From assembly GCA_046546095.1 (NCBI GenBank), contig JBKGYK010000002.1, forward strand, positions 2,975 through 66,974: 64,000 nt of DNA, written 5' to 3'. Below, one piece after another: positions 54,017 through 63,714 of the stretch. Under the pieces are notes generated by a model. It did no database searches and was not told the origin of the DNA. It saw nothing but the letters and a program-made list of their open reading frames with translations. Position numbers and translations under genes: made by a program. The stretch's first letter is position 1; each line of letters starts with the position of its first letter. The stretch is from Bacteroidales bacterium. GTDB taxonomy: Bacteria; Bacteroidota; Bacteroidia; Bacteroidales; ML635J-15.

Positions 54017-55786
54017 TCATATGTTTTTGTTGTTTTCCTCTTTTAGCCTTTCAATTTCATCAGTGAGCTCCTTTATTCTGAATTCCCTTTCTATGGTTGC
54101 TCTGTGAAAGCGTTCAAGTTCGGCAATTCTATCCTGCAACTCTGCGGTTTTTTTGCTGACCTGTCTTTTCAGATCATCCCTCAGTTTTTGCAGCTCACTC
54201 TGTGCTTGTTTGCGTTTGGTGATGTCTTCAATATATCCTTCAAGAAAATGCAGGTTGTTATTATTATCATATACTCCTTTGCCACGCTCCCAAATCCACC
54301 GCAATTCATTGTCTGCTGTTCGTAATTGGTATTCTCCTTCATATTGTGTTTTGTTTTGAATGGCTTTTTGCCAGTTTATATAAATTGCTTCCCGGTATTC
54401 CGGTTCTATCAGGTCATTGTATGCAAGTGTTTCATTGTTGATCAGTGCTTCCGGATCGTATCCCGTTATTGTTTTGAAACCCTTGCTGATGTAAAGCATT
54501 GTCCAGTTTTTATCGTTATTACAGCGGTAGACAAAGCCCGGCAGGTTGCTGATGAGGGATGATAACTGTCTCTGTTGGTCTGCCAGTTTTTTTTCTGCTT
54601 CTTTTTGTGCCGTAATATCTCTGCCTACACTCATGATTTCAGTGAGCCTGCCCTCATTGTTGGTAATTCCCGAAATAACCCACGCCAGCCAGCGCAAACC
54701 ATATCGGGTGTAGGCTCTTTGTTCCAGATAAACCGAGTAAGGGGGGAATTGTAGCTTTTCCATGGCTTCTTTTGTTTTTATGCGATCTGCCGGATGAACA
54801 AAAGACATGATGTTTTTGCTGATAAGGTCATTTTCTGGTTTACCAAAAGTTGAGCAAAAGGAAGGACTGACAAATAAAAACATGCCCTCAAGGTCTGTTT
54901 TAATAAGCATCTCGGTTTGATTCTCAACGATGAGCCTGTACTTTTCTTCGCTTTTCCGTAATTCTCTGGCTTGTTGTACTGTTTCTGTGGTATCCTCAAC
55001 CAGGCCCATGCCTGAAGTGATCTTGCCGGCATCGTTTTTTATTCCCTTGAACTTTGCCCGGACAGGAATTTTCTTTCCTGAAGTTACCGCCTCATAAATA
55101 TCTTCATAATATCCTGATCCGTTTGTGAGGGAGTTACGAATTGCCGACAAAAATGCCTTATCTTTAAGAGCTTCAAACATCTGCAGGCCGATTACTTTTT
55201 TCTTATCCGTACCTAATATCTCGGTTAATTTTTTATTGCAATCTATGATTTTACCATCTATGTCATAATGCAGAATTCCGATGGGTGACGCATGGAAAAT
55301 GGTTGTGTACTTTTTTTCCTCACGTTTAACAAGCTCTTCAGCTTCCAGTTGCTTTGAGATATCCCTGATCATGCCTACTATTCCCAATTGTTTTCCATCA
55401 TTGTTTTTCAATGGGAAAACACTCGTTTCCCCGGGGAAAATGCCTCCGTCTTTTTTCTTGTAGGCAATGGTAAAAGTGAAATCAGGATCAGGTATTTCTT
55501 TGATTTTTTCCCCCATTCTCGCATATGTTGATTTGTCTCTGTATATGAATTCAGTGGTCTTGCCTTGAATTTCATCCAGAGAATATCCGAACAATTGACT
55601 GAAAGCAGGATTGCAATCAGTGATTCTGCGGTTTTTGTCAACAATGAGGACGGCATCACGAATACTGTTGTAGAGAATGGCAGAATTATCATAAGCTGCA
55701 TGGCTTATGTTTTCTTTGCTTTTGTGATCATTGTGGGAAGGTGCCATTGAAACTTTTTTTATCCCAAGATACGATAAATTTATCAA
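54017..55786 (-). CDS. Multi-PAS protein with C-terminal coiled coil and no recognisable output domain
   Basis: Four PAS-like blocks (e.g. ITDCNPAFSQLFGY, IIDCNKKLTEILG, FLFVSPSFCSTFG, MLYISKGFKTITGY). The protein ends in ELERFHRATIEREFRIKELTDEIERLKEEN. The start is uncertain (55786 or 55747). Confidence 0.8.
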   Translation of the reverse strand: MINLSYLGIKKVSMAPSHNDHKSKENISHAAYDNSAILYNSIRDAVLIVDKNRRITDCNPAFSQLFGYSLDEIQGKTTEFIYRDKSTYARMGEKIKEIPDPDFTFTIAYKKKDGGIFPGETSVFPLKNNDGKQLGIVGMIRDISKQLEAEELVKREEKKYTTIFHASPIGILHYDIDGKIIDCNKKLTEILGTDKKKVIGLQMFEALKDKAFLSAIRNSLTNGSGYYEDIYEAVTSGKKIPVRAKFKGIKNDAGKITSGMGLVEDTTETVQQARELRKSEEKYRLIVENQTEMLIKTDLEGMFLFVSPSFCSTFGKPENDLISKNIMSFVHPADRIKTKEAMEKLQFPPYSVYLEQRAYTRYGLRWLAWVISGITNNEGRLTEIMSVGRDITAQKEAEKKLADQQRQLSSLISNLPGFVYRCNNDKNWTMLYISKGFKTITGYDPEALINNETLAYNDLIEPEYREAIYINWQKAIQNKTQYEGEYQLRTADNELRWIWERGKGVYDNNNNLHFLEGYIEDITKRKQAQSELQKLRDDLKRQVSKKTAELQDRIAELERFHRATIEREFRIKELTDEIERLKEENNKNI

Positions 55787-55978
55787 ATAGTTGCCTGTTT
55801 ATTGTAAAAGCAAATGATTGAATGCTGTTATCGGCATATAACATAGAATACTATAGTGCTTAGATTGCGCATTATGTCAATCATAAGGGTTAAATGATCA
55901 TAAAGTATGATTATCACGTTTTTGCTTTGTAGAAATATATAAACAATGCATTCTTATTGCTTAATTTTTGCTGCTATA

Positions 55979-56002
55979 TAATGGCCTTTAAGTAATGGCC
56001 TT
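55979..56002. repeat. Direct repeat TAATGGCCTT x2 (14-bp period) in the nqr upstream region
   Basis: Copies at 55979-55988 and 55993-56002, about 125 nt before nqrA. Confidence 0.6.
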
Positions 56003-56093
56003 AGCTTTTTGATATGTTAATTTTTTTTTGCTATTTGCTTAAACAAAATCATTCATGAAAGGTTGTGTTAAAATGTTAACATAAATAATTTTA

Positions 56094-56101
56094 TATTTTT
56101 G
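56094..56101 (+). promoter_or_regulatory. Bacteroidota -7 promoter motif (TATTTTTG) for the nqr operon
   Basis: Fits TAnnTTTG and lies 26 nt before ATG 56127. Confidence 0.35.
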
Positions 56102-56126
56102 TTTTGAAAACTGAAAAACATCGATA

Positions 56127-57476
56127 ATGACGAAACCTGTTAAGATACGCAAAGGTCTGGATGTTCCGATAAAGGGTGAGCCTGAAAAGAAAATTAAAGA
56201 ATTGTCAACACCTGAAGTCTTTGCACTTAAACCGACAGATTTTCATGGTGTAAGGCCCAAAGTTATTGCCAAACCCGGTACCAGAGTAAAAGTGGGCTCT
56301 GTGGTGTATTATAATAAGTTTCATCCCGAAGTTAAATTTACCTCACCTGTATCCGGTGAGGTTACTGAAATTGTCAGGGGTGAGAAGCGGAAGATCCTGG
56401 AAATAAGGATTGCATCTGATGGCAGGTTTGAAAAAGAAACATTTGATATGCCCGATCCGGATACTGATGATAGGTTTGCCATCCGCTCGGTATTGCTGAA
56501 AAGCGGACTCTGGCCTTTGATAGTGCAGCGGCCTTTTGGTGTAATTCCTGCCCCTGATGATGAACCTGATGCCATTTTCGTATCGCTGTTCAATACTGCA
56601 CCCCTTGCTCCGGATATGGATTTTGTTTTGAAAGATCAAATTGAAGATTTGAAGCGCGGGGCAAAGATCATTCATAAAATGACCGGCAGAATGATCAATT
56701 TCGGACTGAGTACAAGGTCTGAAAAAAAAATGTATGAAGATATACCTTATTCGGAGTTTCATACTTTTCAGGGCCCTCATCCTGCAGGAAATGTTGGTAC
56801 ACAAATCAACAAAGTCAGACCCATAAATAAGGGTGAAATTTTCTGGACACTCAAAGCCCAGGATCTGGCCGTTATAGGTCGTTTTTTCCGTGAAAAGTTT
56901 CCAAATCCCCGGCGCATGATAGCTTTTGCAGGCTCAGAGCTGAAAGAGCGGTTTTATGCCAATGTGTTGCCTGGAGCTTCACTGCAGAGTGTGATTGACA
57001 AGTATCGAATCCAGGATAATGTGCGCATTATCTCCGGTGATGTGTTGACCGGCACAAAGCTTACTGAGAAAGCATTTATCAGCTTCCAGCATGATATGAT
57101 ATCATTAATCCCCGAAGGAGATTATTACGAATTTTTTGGCTGGGCAAAACCCGGATTCAATAAGTTTTCAGTATCAAAAACGTATTTTTCCTGGTTGTTT
57201 CCCGGCAAGAAGTACAGACTGGATACAAACTATCATGGAGGCGAGCGTGCTTATGTGATGACCGGCGAATATGAAACGGTTTGTCCGATTGATATATATC
57301 CCCAGCAGCTTGTAAAGGCCTGTATGATAAAAGATATTGATAAGATGGAGGAACTCGGAATCTATGAAGTGCTTGAGGAGGATATGGCTTTATGTGAATT
57401 TGTTTGTACGTCCAAAACAGAGGTTCAGGCTATTCTCAGAGAAGCACTTGACATGCTGAGAGAAGAATTGAGTTAA
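56127..57476 (+). CDS. nqrA: Na+-translocating NADH:quinone oxidoreductase subunit A
   Basis: Soluble 449-aa protein with the typical N-terminus KIRKGLDVPIKGEP. It is the first gene of a canonical six-gene nqr order. Confidence 0.93.
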   Translation: MTKPVKIRKGLDVPIKGEPEKKIKELSTPEVFALKPTDFHGVRPKVIAKPGTRVKVGSVVYYNKFHPEVKFTSPVSGEVTEIVRGEKRKILEIRIASDGRFEKETFDMPDPDTDDRFAIRSVLLKSGLWPLIVQRPFGVIPAPDDEPDAIFVSLFNTAPLAPDMDFVLKDQIEDLKRGAKIIHKMTGRMINFGLSTRSEKKMYEDIPYSEFHTFQGPHPAGNVGTQINKVRPINKGEIFWTLKAQDLAVIGRFFREKFPNPRRMIAFAGSELKERFYANVLPGASLQSVIDKYRIQDNVRIISGDVLTGTKLTEKAFISFQHDMISLIPEGDYYEFFGWAKPGFNKFSVSKTYFSWLFPGKKYRLDTNYHGGERAYVMTGEYETVCPIDIYPQQLVKACMIKDIDKMEELGIYEVLEEDMALCEFVCTSKTEVQAILREALDMLREELS

Positions 57477-57495
57477 TCATGAAAAAAACGAAGGA

Positions 57496-58668
57496 ATGGG
57501 TAAGCTCAGAAAAATTATAGATAAAGTAAAACCGCATTTTGAGGAAGGAGGGAAGTTTTATAAACTTCATTCCACCTTCGATGCGTTTGAAACAATGATG
57601 TTTGTTCCCGATAAAACAACAGAGAAGGGAGCACATATTCGTGATGCCATTGACATGAAGAGAACTATGGGGACAGTGATACTGGCTTTGCTTCCTGCAT
57701 TGTTGTTCGGCATCTGGAATACCGGTTATCAGCATTACCTGGCAATGGGAGTGGATGCCGGTTTCTGGCAAAATGTAGGCTACGGGCTGGTCAAAGTGCT
57801 GCCCATTGTGGTGGTTTCTTATGTGGTTGGTCTGGCCATAGAATTTATGTTCGCCCAAATCCGTAAACATGAAGTCAACGAAGGATTTTTGGTTTCCGGA
57901 ATGCTCATTCCCCTGGTAATGCCACCGGATGTTCCTTTGTGGATGGTAGCAGTTGCTACTGCTTTTGCTGTGATCATTGGTAAAGAGGTGTTTGGCGGTA
58001 CAGGCATGAATATTCTGAATCCTGCACTTACCGCACGTGCATTTCTGTTTTTCTCTTATCCTGCGTGGATGTCCGGAGATAAAGTATGGATTGGTGGAAT
58101 GATCGATGGTCAGACAATGGATGCATACAGTGGTGCTACTCCGCTGGCCCAGGCAGCCCTTGGTGATGCTGATATGACCATGGGCAATGGCAATCCCATT
58201 GATATCTGGGATATGATCATTGGTACAATCCCCGGCTCAATCGGAGAAACTTCCAAAATTGCCATTCTCATTGGTGCTGTTATTCTGCTTGGAACAGGTG
58301 TGGGAAGCTGGCGAATTATGCTTTCTATGCTGGTTGGCGGTTTGTTTATGGGTGGTATCCTGAATATTTTTGCTGTCAATCCATTCATGGAAATCCCTTT
58401 CTGGGAACATCTCCTGCTTGGATCTTTCCTTTTCGGGATGGTATTCATGGCCACCGATCCAGTTACAGCCGCGCAGACAACCAGGGGGAAATATATTTAC
58501 GGATTTCTCATCGGTCTGCTGTCTATTCTTATCCGGGTGGTGAATCCGGCCTATCCGGAAGGTACCATGCTGGCCATACTGCTGATGAATGTGTTTGCTC
58601 CGCTGATTGATCATTATGTGGTGCAGGCCAATGTGAAAAAACGTAAGAAAAGACTTAAAACTTCGTGA
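57496..58668 (+). CDS. nqrB: Na+-NQR subunit B
   Basis: Polytopic membrane protein with the covalent-FMN motif YSGATPLA. Confidence 0.95.
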   Translation: MGKLRKIIDKVKPHFEEGGKFYKLHSTFDAFETMMFVPDKTTEKGAHIRDAIDMKRTMGTVILALLPALLFGIWNTGYQHYLAMGVDAGFWQNVGYGLVKVLPIVVVSYVVGLAIEFMFAQIRKHEVNEGFLVSGMLIPLVMPPDVPLWMVAVATAFAVIIGKEVFGGTGMNILNPALTARAFLFFSYPAWMSGDKVWIGGMIDGQTMDAYSGATPLAQAALGDADMTMGNGNPIDIWDMIIGTIPGSIGETSKIAILIGAVILLGTGVGSWRIMLSMLVGGLFMGGILNIFAVNPFMEIPFWEHLLLGSFLFGMVFMATDPVTAAQTTRGKYIYGFLIGLLSILIRVVNPAYPEGTMLAILLMNVFAPLIDHYVVQANVKKRKKRLKTS

Positions 58669-58670
58669 TT

Positions 58671-59384
58671 ATGGACAAAAACAGTAATACCTACATTTTT
58701 TTATATGCTGTTGCGATGGTGGTGATTGTTGCTGCCGGCCTTTCTTTGTTGGCCACCAATCTCCGTCCCCGACAGGAATTTAATGAAGAGGTGCAAAAAA
58801 AACAGGATATCCTGGCAGCTATGCATGTTGAAAGTGCTGTGGAGAATGCTGCTGACCTGTATGACAATTACATTAAAACCAGTCGTGTAGTTAATTCCGA
58901 AGGAGAAATCAATGAGGATGCAGATGCCTTTGAAGTTGAGCTGAAAAAAGAACTCGATAAACCCGTAGAAAAAAGGAATTTACCCATGTACATAGGTGAG
59001 ACCGATGAAGGAGAAGAAAAAGTCATTATCCCCCTGCGGGGAAAAGGATTGTGGGGACCGATCTGGGGATATATTGCTCTTGACGATGACTATAACACCG
59101 TATACGGCGCAAGTTTTGCACATCAGGCCGAAACCCCTGGCCTGGGGGCAGAAATCAATACTGAAGAATTTGAATCCCAGTTCAACGGTAAGAAAATTCT
59201 GGATGAAAATGGTGATTTTGTTTCTGTAGATGTGGTGAAAGGTGGCGTGCCGGAGGATGCTGAGAGAGCCGTGGACGCCATTTCAGGAGGCACCATCACG
59301 AGCCATGGACTTCGGGATATGCTCGAAACATGTATTGAACCGTATATGACTTATTTTAATCAGATAAAAAGCTCGGAGGAATAA
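58671..59384 (+). CDS. nqrC: Na+-NQR subunit C
   Basis: A single N-terminal TM and the covalent-FMN motif ISGGTITS. ATG 58671 was preferred to the GTG at 58665. Confidence 0.93.
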   Translation: MDKNSNTYIFLYAVAMVVIVAAGLSLLATNLRPRQEFNEEVQKKQDILAAMHVESAVENAADLYDNYIKTSRVVNSEGEINEDADAFEVELKKELDKPVEKRNLPMYIGETDEGEEKVIIPLRGKGLWGPIWGYIALDDDYNTVYGASFAHQAETPGLGAEINTEEFESQFNGKKILDENGDFVSVDVVKGGVPEDAERAVDAISGGTITSHGLRDMLETCIEPYMTYFNQIKSSEE

Positions 59385-59387
59385 GCT

Positions 59388-60035
59388 ATGAGTGAGATGA
59401 AAGAACCTTTATTTTCACGCAAAAATATGCGGCTTCTCAAAGAGCCGATGAATAAGAATAATCCCATTACAGTGCAGGTACTCGGTATTTGTTCTGCACT
59501 TGCCATTACTGTTAAACTCGAACCTTCAGTTGTGATGGCAATCAGCGTGGTTTTTGTGATGGGATTCAGCAACCTGATTGTTTCCCTGCTTAGAAAAACA
59601 ATCCCTTCACGTATCCGGATCATCGTACAGCTGGTGGTGATTGCCTCCCTGGTAATTGTTGTCGACCAGGTGCTTAAAGCATATATGTATGATGTCAGTA
59701 AGCAATTGTCTGTATTTGTCGGACTCATCATTACCAACTGTATTATTATGGGGCGGCTTGAAGCATTTGCCCTGGCCAATAAACCCTGGCCGTCCTTGCT
59801 TGATGGTCTTGGTAATGCTGCTGGTTATGGTGCCATCCTTGTGATCGTCGGTTTCCTTCGCGAGCTCTTTGGCAGTGGTACCGTATGGAATTATCCCGTC
59901 ATCCCGCAGGGTTTGTTCAATATCGGGTATGAAAACAACGGATTGTTTATCCTGCCTCCAATGGCCCTGATTATCGTGGGAATCATTATCTGGGTACAAC
60001 GTTACAGAAACCGTGAACTCATCGAAGAAAACTAA
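59388..60035 (+). CDS. nqrD: Na+-NQR subunit D
   Basis: Six-TM protein with [15 protein letters not shown], typical of the NqrD/RnfE family. Confidence 0.95.
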   Translation: MSEMKEPLFSRKNMRLLKEPMNKNNPITVQVLGICSALAITVKLEPSVVMAISVVFVMGFSNLIVSLLRKTIPSRIRIIVQLVVIASLVIVVDQVLKAYMYDVSKQLSVFVGLIITNCIIMGRLEAFALANKPWPSLLDGLGNAAGYGAILVIVGFLRELFGSGTVWNYPVIPQGLFNIGYENNGLFILPPMALIIVGIIIWVQRYRNRELIEEN

Positions 60036-60040
60036 ACGCC

Positions 60041-60658
60041 ATGGAAAATTTAATTAATATATTCGTCAAATCGATTTTTGTTGAGAACATGATTTTTGCC
60101 TACTTCCTGGGCATGTGTTCTTATCTTGCAGTTTCCAAAACTGTTAAAACCTCTGTGGGACTTGGATTTGCCGTTGTCTTTGTGCTCGGTATTACAGTCC
60201 CTTTTAATTATCTGATTGAAAACTATTTTCTCAAAGACGGTGCTCTGGCCTGGATTAGCCCGGAACTTGCTGATGTAAACCTTGGCTTTTTGCGGTTTAT
60301 TCTGTTCATTGCTGTAATTGCTTCTATGGTACAGTTGGTGGAGATGATCGTGGAAAAATTCTCCCCAACTCTGTATGCCAATCTTGGAATTTTCCTCCCA
60401 CTGATAGCCGTGAACTGTGCCATCCTGGGTGGTTCACTGTTTATGGCAGAACGGGATTACAACACCATCGCAGAAGCAACATCATACGGCTTGGGGTCCG
60501 GTGTTGGCTGGTTCCTGGCCATTGTCGGTATTGCCGCCATACGGGAAAAAATCAAGTATTCCAATGTTCCCGAACCACTCAAAGGTCTTGGTATTACATT
60601 TATTATCACCGGACTGATGGGCATAGCGTTTATGGGTTTTATGGGAATTGAATTGTAA
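60041..60658 (+). CDS. nqrE: Na+-NQR subunit E
   Basis: Six-TM paralogue of NqrD (NqrE/RnfA family) with [15 protein letters not shown]. Confidence 0.95.
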   Translation: MENLINIFVKSIFVENMIFAYFLGMCSYLAVSKTVKTSVGLGFAVVFVLGITVPFNYLIENYFLKDGALAWISPELADVNLGFLRFILFIAVIASMVQLVEMIVEKFSPTLYANLGIFLPLIAVNCAILGGSLFMAERDYNTIAEATSYGLGSGVGWFLAIVGIAAIREKIKYSNVPEPLKGLGITFIITGLMGIAFMGFMGIEL

Positions 60659-60678
60659 TTTGAAAACAAGCTGAAACT

Positions 60679-61932
60679 ATGATATTATTAACAAGTCAGA
60701 CAGTGATTGTGATAGCAGGAATAGCAGTCTTTTTGCTATTGATTTTGCTTCTTGTTTCCGTTCTGCTTTATGCAAAGAAAAAGCTTACCCCCCAGGGTGA
60801 GGTGACCATCAATATTAATGAGGACAAAGACATTACTGTGAGGCCGGGATCTACCCTGCTTGATACCTTGTCTGAGAATGGAATTTATCTGCCTTCTGCC
60901 TGTGGTGGACAAGGTACTTGTGGTACTTGTACCTGCCAGGTGTTTGAGGGAGCCGGAGAAATCTTACCCACAGAAACCGGGTTCTTTAGTAGAAAAGAAC
61001 AGCAAAATGACTGGCGACTTGGATGTCAGGTAAAAGTCAGAAATGACCTGAAAATTGGCGTACCCCCTGAAGTGCTGGATATTAAAAAGTGGGAGTGTGA
61101 AGTTGTATCCAATAAAAATGTGGCAACTTTTATCAAGGAGTTTGTTGTGAAATTGCCGGAGGGTGAATCACTCAATTTTAAACCCGGTGGATATATTCAA
61201 ATTGATGTGCCCAAAATTGAGGTCGATTTTAAAAACATTGAGGTGGAGGAAAAATTCAGGGAAGACTGGGATAAACTCAATCTCTGGGATTTGAAAATGC
61301 GGAATCCCGAACCAACATACAGAGCTTATTCCATGGCAAATCATCCGGCGGAAGGAAATATCATAAAACTGAATATCAGGATTGCCACACCGCCCTGGGA
61401 TCCCAAAAAGAACAAATTTAAAAATGTGAACCCAGGGGTTTGCTCTTCCTTTATCTTTTCACGAAAACCCGGCGATAAGGTCAATGTTTCCGGCCCTTAC
61501 GGAGAGTTCCATATCAAAGAAACAGACAATGAAATGGTATATATCGGAGGTGGTGCCGGAATGGCCCCGCTGCGTTCTCATATCTTCCATCTGCTCAAAA
61601 CAGAAAAATCCGGCAGAAAAATTTCTTACTGGTATGGAGCACGATCCAAACGTGAGATATTTTACGAACAGGAATTCCGGGAACTGGAAAAACAATTTCC
61701 AAACTTTTCTTTCCACATTGCCTTGTCTGATCCACAGCCTGAAGACAATTGGGATGGGCATACAGGTTTTATTCATTCCGTTGTGGAAAAGGAATATCTG
61801 AGTAAACTTGATGAACCGGAAGAAATTGAATACTATCTTTGCGGACCTCCATTGATGAACGATGCAGTATTTAAAATGCTGGATGAGCTCGGAGTACCGG
61901 ATGAAATGATTGATTTTGATGATTTTGGATAA
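60679..61932 (+). CDS. nqrF: Na+-NQR subunit F
   Basis: N-terminal TM, a 2Fe-2S cluster motif CGGQGTCGTCTC, FAD site RAYSMAN and NADH site GGGAGMAP. Confidence 0.95.
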   Translation: MILLTSQTVIVIAGIAVFLLLILLLVSVLLYAKKKLTPQGEVTININEDKDITVRPGSTLLDTLSENGIYLPSACGGQGTCGTCTCQVFEGAGEILPTETGFFSRKEQQNDWRLGCQVKVRNDLKIGVPPEVLDIKKWECEVVSNKNVATFIKEFVVKLPEGESLNFKPGGYIQIDVPKIEVDFKNIEVEEKFREDWDKLNLWDLKMRNPEPTYRAYSMANHPAEGNIIKLNIRIATPPWDPKKNKFKNVNPGVCSSFIFSRKPGDKVNVSGPYGEFHIKETDNEMVYIGGGAGMAPLRSHIFHLLKTEKSGRKISYWYGARSKREIFYEQEFRELEKQFPNFSFHIALSDPQPEDNWDGHTGFIHSVVEKEYLSKLDEPEEIEYYLCGPPLMNDAVFKMLDELGVPDEMIDFDDFG

Positions 61933-61933
61933 T

Positions 61934-62953
61934 ATGATGAATAAACTTTTCTTTAAAGCTTTTTTATACGGGCTTGCTCTCTTTTCTATGGCAGGCCTGT
62001 TCTCTTGTCAGGAAAATCCTGAAACTGAGTATTATAAATATCAGGGTCAGATTCAGGGAACCTGGTTTTCGGTGATTTATGAAGCAGAGCAGGATTATGC
62101 CAAAGATATCGATTCTCTGCTTTCTCGCTTTAACCAAAGCCTGAATAATTATGATTCAACAAGTGTTATTTCCAGGGTAAACAGAAATGAGAATCTGCTT
62201 ACTGATTCTCTTTTTCAGGCAATGTTTCATGCTGCTGACAGAGTGTGGGAAGCCTCCGGCATGCGATTTGACATCACTGTTGCTCCCCTGGCCAATGCCT
62301 GGGGCTTTGGCTATAAAACCGGACATCTGCCCGATTCTGCAGAAATCGACAGCATCATGCTCTTTGTGGGCATGGATAAGATAAAACTTGTTGAGAAAAA
62401 GATAATCAAAAAAGACGATCGGGTGGAAATCATCGGCAATGCCATCGCGCAGGGCATGTCGGTTGATTATCTTGCAAATTTCCTGATCCGTAAGAAGCTT
62501 GACAATTTCCTTGTAGAGATTGGAGGAGAAGTCCGTGCTCAGGGGATATCACCAAAAGGCAAAAAATGGCTTGTGGGCATAGACAAACCCATCCTTGACA
62601 GTACACTCAGCAAAAGAGAAATGCAAACTGCCATCGAGCTCGATCATCTTTCCATTGCTACATCAGGAAACTACCGGAAATACAAGGAGCATAACGGGAA
62701 ACGCTACGGACATTCAATCAATCCGTTGACAGGCTATCCCGAAAGTACTGAAATAATTTCTGCAAGTGTTCTCCATCCCCAATGCATGATGGCTGATGCA
62801 TGGGCAACGGCATTTATGCTTATGGATACTGAGCTGGCTCTTGAAACTGCAGAAAAGCTTCCCCAAACGGAAGCTATGTTTATTACCGGAGATACGGAAG
62901 ATGATTATAACATATTTTATACTTCCGGTTTTCAAAACTTTATACCCGAATAA
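61934..62953 (+). CDS. apbE: FAD:protein FMN transferase (ApbE) lipoprotein
   Basis: Lipobox MAGLFSC plus SIATSGNYRK, HSINPLTG and DAWATAFM motifs. The gene lies immediately after nqrF. Confidence 0.9.
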   Translation: MMNKLFFKAFLYGLALFSMAGLFSCQENPETEYYKYQGQIQGTWFSVIYEAEQDYAKDIDSLLSRFNQSLNNYDSTSVISRVNRNENLLTDSLFQAMFHAADRVWEASGMRFDITVAPLANAWGFGYKTGHLPDSAEIDSIMLFVGMDKIKLVEKKIIKKDDRVEIIGNAIAQGMSVDYLANFLIRKKLDNFLVEIGGEVRAQGISPKGKKWLVGIDKPILDSTLSKREMQTAIELDHLSIATSGNYRKYKEHNGKRYGHSINPLTGYPESTEIISASVLHPQCMMADAWATAFMLMDTELALETAEKLPQTEAMFITGDTEDDYNIFYTSGFQNFIPE

Positions 62954-63017
62954 TAAAACCATTGTAACAAACTTTTTTGATTGTGTTTTGTTTACATCAT
63001 AAATACTTAAAATATAC

Positions 63018-63491
63018 GTGGAAAACAGCACAGCACATAACAATAGCCCAAAAATAAAAGAACCTGAGAAACTCCTGCGGTATCTTGACTTTTTCAAAAG
63101 CATGAAGGAAGAGGATTATATCCGCTATGATGCTGACCATAGTTTTGAATATACCCCATGGTTTTATCAGTTTATTCAGCAACTATTTGATTCCAATATG
63201 GTGGAAGATTATGAAAAACTTGTTGATGATATTACCGTAGAGGGAGCTGACGAACAACAACGATGCGAAGCATTCTCAAATTGGATGAAAGAACTGAATA
63301 AAACACTTAGCCGGCCATGTGAAATGCGAAATGCAGATATAAACTTTCTGCGTAAAGCGTTCCTGACAGTCATTCGTATGGAGAAAATATTCCCCGGAAG
63401 CTGGGGCATTGATGTGGAAACCGGTACCTGGTTAAAGCTACTAAAACGCTTTAAAGAGCTATATGATGCCGGCGAAATCGAGACAGAATAA
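63018..63491 (+). CDS. Hypothetical soluble protein (157 aa, GTG start in the track; ATG alternative at 63102)
   Basis: An open frame with plausible composition and no TM segment or recognisable motif. Confidence 0.45.
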   Translation: MENSTAHNNSPKIKEPEKLLRYLDFFKSMKEEDYIRYDADHSFEYTPWFYQFIQQLFDSNMVEDYEKLVDDITVEGADEQQRCEAFSNWMKELNKTLSRPCEMRNADINFLRKAFLTVIRMEKIFPGSWGIDVETGTWLKLLKRFKELYDAGEIETE

Positions 63492-63683
63492 TCTCAGATA
63501 TCCGCTGATACTTACAATTCCTTATTCTACTCTCCCCAGGAGTGATAAATAGGCTCCTGAACCAGCCGGCTTTTTGTCCGGACAATCTGGCATCTGGCTT
63601 ATCGCCTCTGACCGGCTGCAAACAGATTGATCCACATGTCAGAGGACATGATAATTTTTCTGTGATTTGGAACTTCCTTTTAT

Positions 63684-63691
63684 TATCTTTG
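63684..63691 (+). promoter_or_regulatory. Bacteroidota -7 promoter motif (TATCTTTG)
   Basis: Lies 24 nt before ATG 63715. Confidence 0.4.
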
Positions 63692-63714
63692 TAAGGAATC
63701 AATGTAAGATCTCT

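Noticed and set aside
63451-63702. 83-aa minus-strand ORF, and a TGATCCACA DnaA-box-like 9-mer in the gap before the citD-like gene
   Set aside because: The ORF overlaps the end of the plus-strand gene and has an Arg/Cys/Pro-rich composition. A single 8/9 DnaA-box match is expected by chance in 64 kb.
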